From assembly GCA_963847725.1 (NCBI GenBank), contig CAWKAT010000004.1, positions 106,627-170,626 of the forward strand: 64,000 nt of DNA, written 5' to 3'. The position numbers were made by a program, and so were the translations under genes. The notes under the pieces are model-generated. The model had not been told where the DNA came from and did not search any database. It worked only from the letters and a program-made list of their open reading frames with translations. Shown in pieces: positions 62,734 to 64,000 of the stretch. Each line of letters begins with the position of its first letter. Positions within the stretch are counted from its first letter, which is position 1. The DNA is from an uncultured Acidimicrobiaceae bacterium. GTDB taxonomy: Bacteria > Actinomycetota > Acidimicrobiia > Acidimicrobiales > RAAP-2.

Positions 62734-63846
62734 TTACTTCTTCGAGGGCATCTTCGAAGAGACCGTGGCCAGCAAGTCGTCGTACGCTTTGGCGAACGAG
62801 GCGACGCCCTCGGTCTCCAGTTGCTCGCTGACCTTGGCGAGGTCCACGTCGGGCGAGAGATTCTTCAAGAGCGCCGCCGTGGCGTCGCAGGTCTCGTCGT
62901 TGAGGAGGTACGAGGTCGAGAAGTCGCCGTGATCAAGCGCGTCGGCCAGGGTCTTGTCGGGCATGGTGTTGACCGTCTCGTCGGCGACCAGCCGGTCGAC
63001 GTAGAGGAGGTCGGGATAGCTCGGGTTCTTCGTCGAGGTGGACGCCCACAGGGGACGCTGCACCTGGGCCCCCTCAACCAACAGATCTTTGATCTTTTCC
63101 TCCTTCACCCGACCGCGGAACAGCTCATAGGCCGCGGCGGCCTGGGCGTTCGCGGTCGTGCCCCGACGGGGGTCACCCTCGGGCAGCAGCGCGTCCACCG
63201 CCACGTCAACGCGGGACACAAAAAACGACGCCACGCTGGCGACGCGCCCGACGTCGTGACCCGCGCTGTAGGCGTCGGCGATCCCGTCGCGCCAGGCGGT
63301 GATGACGTCGTTGTAGCGATCAACGGAGAAGATCAACGTCACGTTGACGTTGATGCCCGCGCCCAGCACGGCCCGAATGGCCGGGAGGCCGGCCTTGGTC
63401 GCGGGAATCTTGATCATCACGTTGGGGCGATCAACCTCACCAAAGAGTCGCTTCGCGGCCGCGATGGTGCCCTCGGTGTCGTGGGCGAGTCGCGGCGAGA
63501 CCTCGAGCGAGACAAAACCGTCCAGGTAGCGCCGGGTACCGGAGGAGAACTCCTGTCGCGAACTCTCGTGGACCCCGGCCAAGAGATCGCAGGCGCCGCG
63601 CACGTCCGCGACGGCCAGACCTTCGAAGACCTGTTCGGCGTCCGTTTCGGTGCTCGATTTAATGTCGGCGTCATAGGCCGACGAGTCCGCGATGGTCTTG
63701 GCGAAGATGGACGGGTTAGACGTCAGCCCGCGAACACCCTCGTCGATGTACTTCTTCAACGTGCCGTCTTGCAACCAGTCGCGGCGGAGGTTGTCAATCC
63801 AGGGGCTCTGACCGTAGTCGGCGTAGAGGTCGTTTAGTTTGGTCAC
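62734..63846 (-). CDS. tal: transaldolase (long actinobacterial type)
   Basis: 370 aa with the N-terminus LYADYGQSPWIDNLRRDWL and the Schiff-base region NVMIKIPAT. The GTG start forms a GTGA overlap with the tkt stop. Confidence 0.92.
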   Translation of the reverse strand: MTKLNDLYADYGQSPWIDNLRRDWLQDGTLKKYIDEGVRGLTSNPSIFAKTIADSSAYDADIKSSTETDAEQVFEGLAVADVRGACDLLAGVHESSRQEFSSGTRRYLDGFVSLEVSPRLAHDTEGTIAAAKRLFGEVDRPNVMIKIPATKAGLPAIRAVLGAGINVNVTLIFSVDRYNDVITAWRDGIADAYSAGHDVGRVASVASFFVSRVDVAVDALLPEGDPRRGTTANAQAAAAYELFRGRVKEEKIKDLLVEGAQVQRPLWASTSTKNPSYPDLLYVDRLVADETVNTMPDKTLADALDHGDFSTSYLLNDETCDATAALLKNLSPDVDLAKVSEQLETEGVASFAKAYDDLLATVSSKMPSKK

Positions 63847-64000
63847 TTTTTCTCACTTAGAACGTGCTCGACGTGGGCGACCACGGCGGCGGGGACGATG
63901 TTGTAGTTCTCAAAGACGACCTTCTCGGGGGCCGACATACCGAACGTGTTGACCCCGATCGAGTCATCAACGTAGTTGGCCCATCCCAGTGTGGCTCCCG
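63843..64000 (-). CDS. tkt: transketolase, C-terminal fragment (5' part lies outside the window)
   Basis: My own minus-strand translation gives GATLGWANYVDDSIGVNTFGMSAPEKVVFENYNIVPAAVVAHVEHVLSEKK-stop. This matches the conserved transketolase C-terminus (G.D.FG.SAP ... F). The gene sits upstream of tal, as in the actinobacterial tkt-tal operon. Confidence 0.8.
   Translation of the reverse strand, partial: GATLGWANYVDDSIGVNTFGMSAPEKVVFENYNIVPAAVVAHVEHVLSEKK

Noticed and set aside
61534-63837. 767-aa ORF on the plus strand spanning fbiC and tal
   Set aside because: It is antisense to two well-supported genes with clear family motifs. Its product is a low-complexity Arg/Gly/Val/Asp-rich sequence with no recognisable motifs. 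This is the typical open antisense frame of high-GC DNA.

Overview
This is a high-GC, very gene-dense chromosomal segment. By my hand tally only about 2.2 kb of the 64 kb is non-coding. The core synteny (nadK-recN-pyrG-NUDIX-xerD; scpA-scpB-rluB-aroH-tyrA-aroA-cmk-plsC ... der; tkt-tal) is typical of Actinomycetota. Any finer placement, such as Acidimicrobiia-like, is inference only.

I call 60 protein-coding genes, one tRNA-Pro(GGG), two hairpin terminator candidates and one CRP-type operator candidate. I saw no rRNA, CRISPR array, transposase, phage integrase or obvious defence system.

The gene blocks are:
- Methionine genes: a divergent Cys/Met PLP enzyme, and metY-metX.
- A 12-13 kb hopanoid super-cluster on the minus strand: a DMT-like gene, dxs, hpnC, hpnD, hpnE, a prenyl diphosphate synthase, shc, an hpnG::ispH fusion and hpnH, plus a divergent HpnO-like aminotransferase.
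- Housekeeping genes for division, recombination and nucleotide metabolism.
- Aromatic amino-acid genes and trpD / trpCFBA.
- satP-acs.
- thiO-thiS.
- gltBD.
- An acyl-CoA ligase.
- tkt-tal-fbiC-LOG.

The most unusual items are:
- The single-polypeptide HpnG-IspH fusion inside the hopanoid cluster, with a second stand-alone ispH 28 kb away.
- The chain of 4-nt start/stop overlaps through the squalene/hopene genes.
- A perfect TGTGA-N6-TCACA box upstream of satP-acs.
- An exonuclease CDS whose last 68 nt run antisense through tRNA-Pro.
- An orphan small ORF with a strong Shine-Dalgarno where thiG would be expected.
- fbiC-LOG occupying the position normally held by zwf-opcA-pgl after tkt-tal.

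I found no convincing wholly novel multi-gene system. The window is mostly core metabolism plus one accessory lipid cluster. All family assignments come from motif and sequence recognition by eye, not from database searches.
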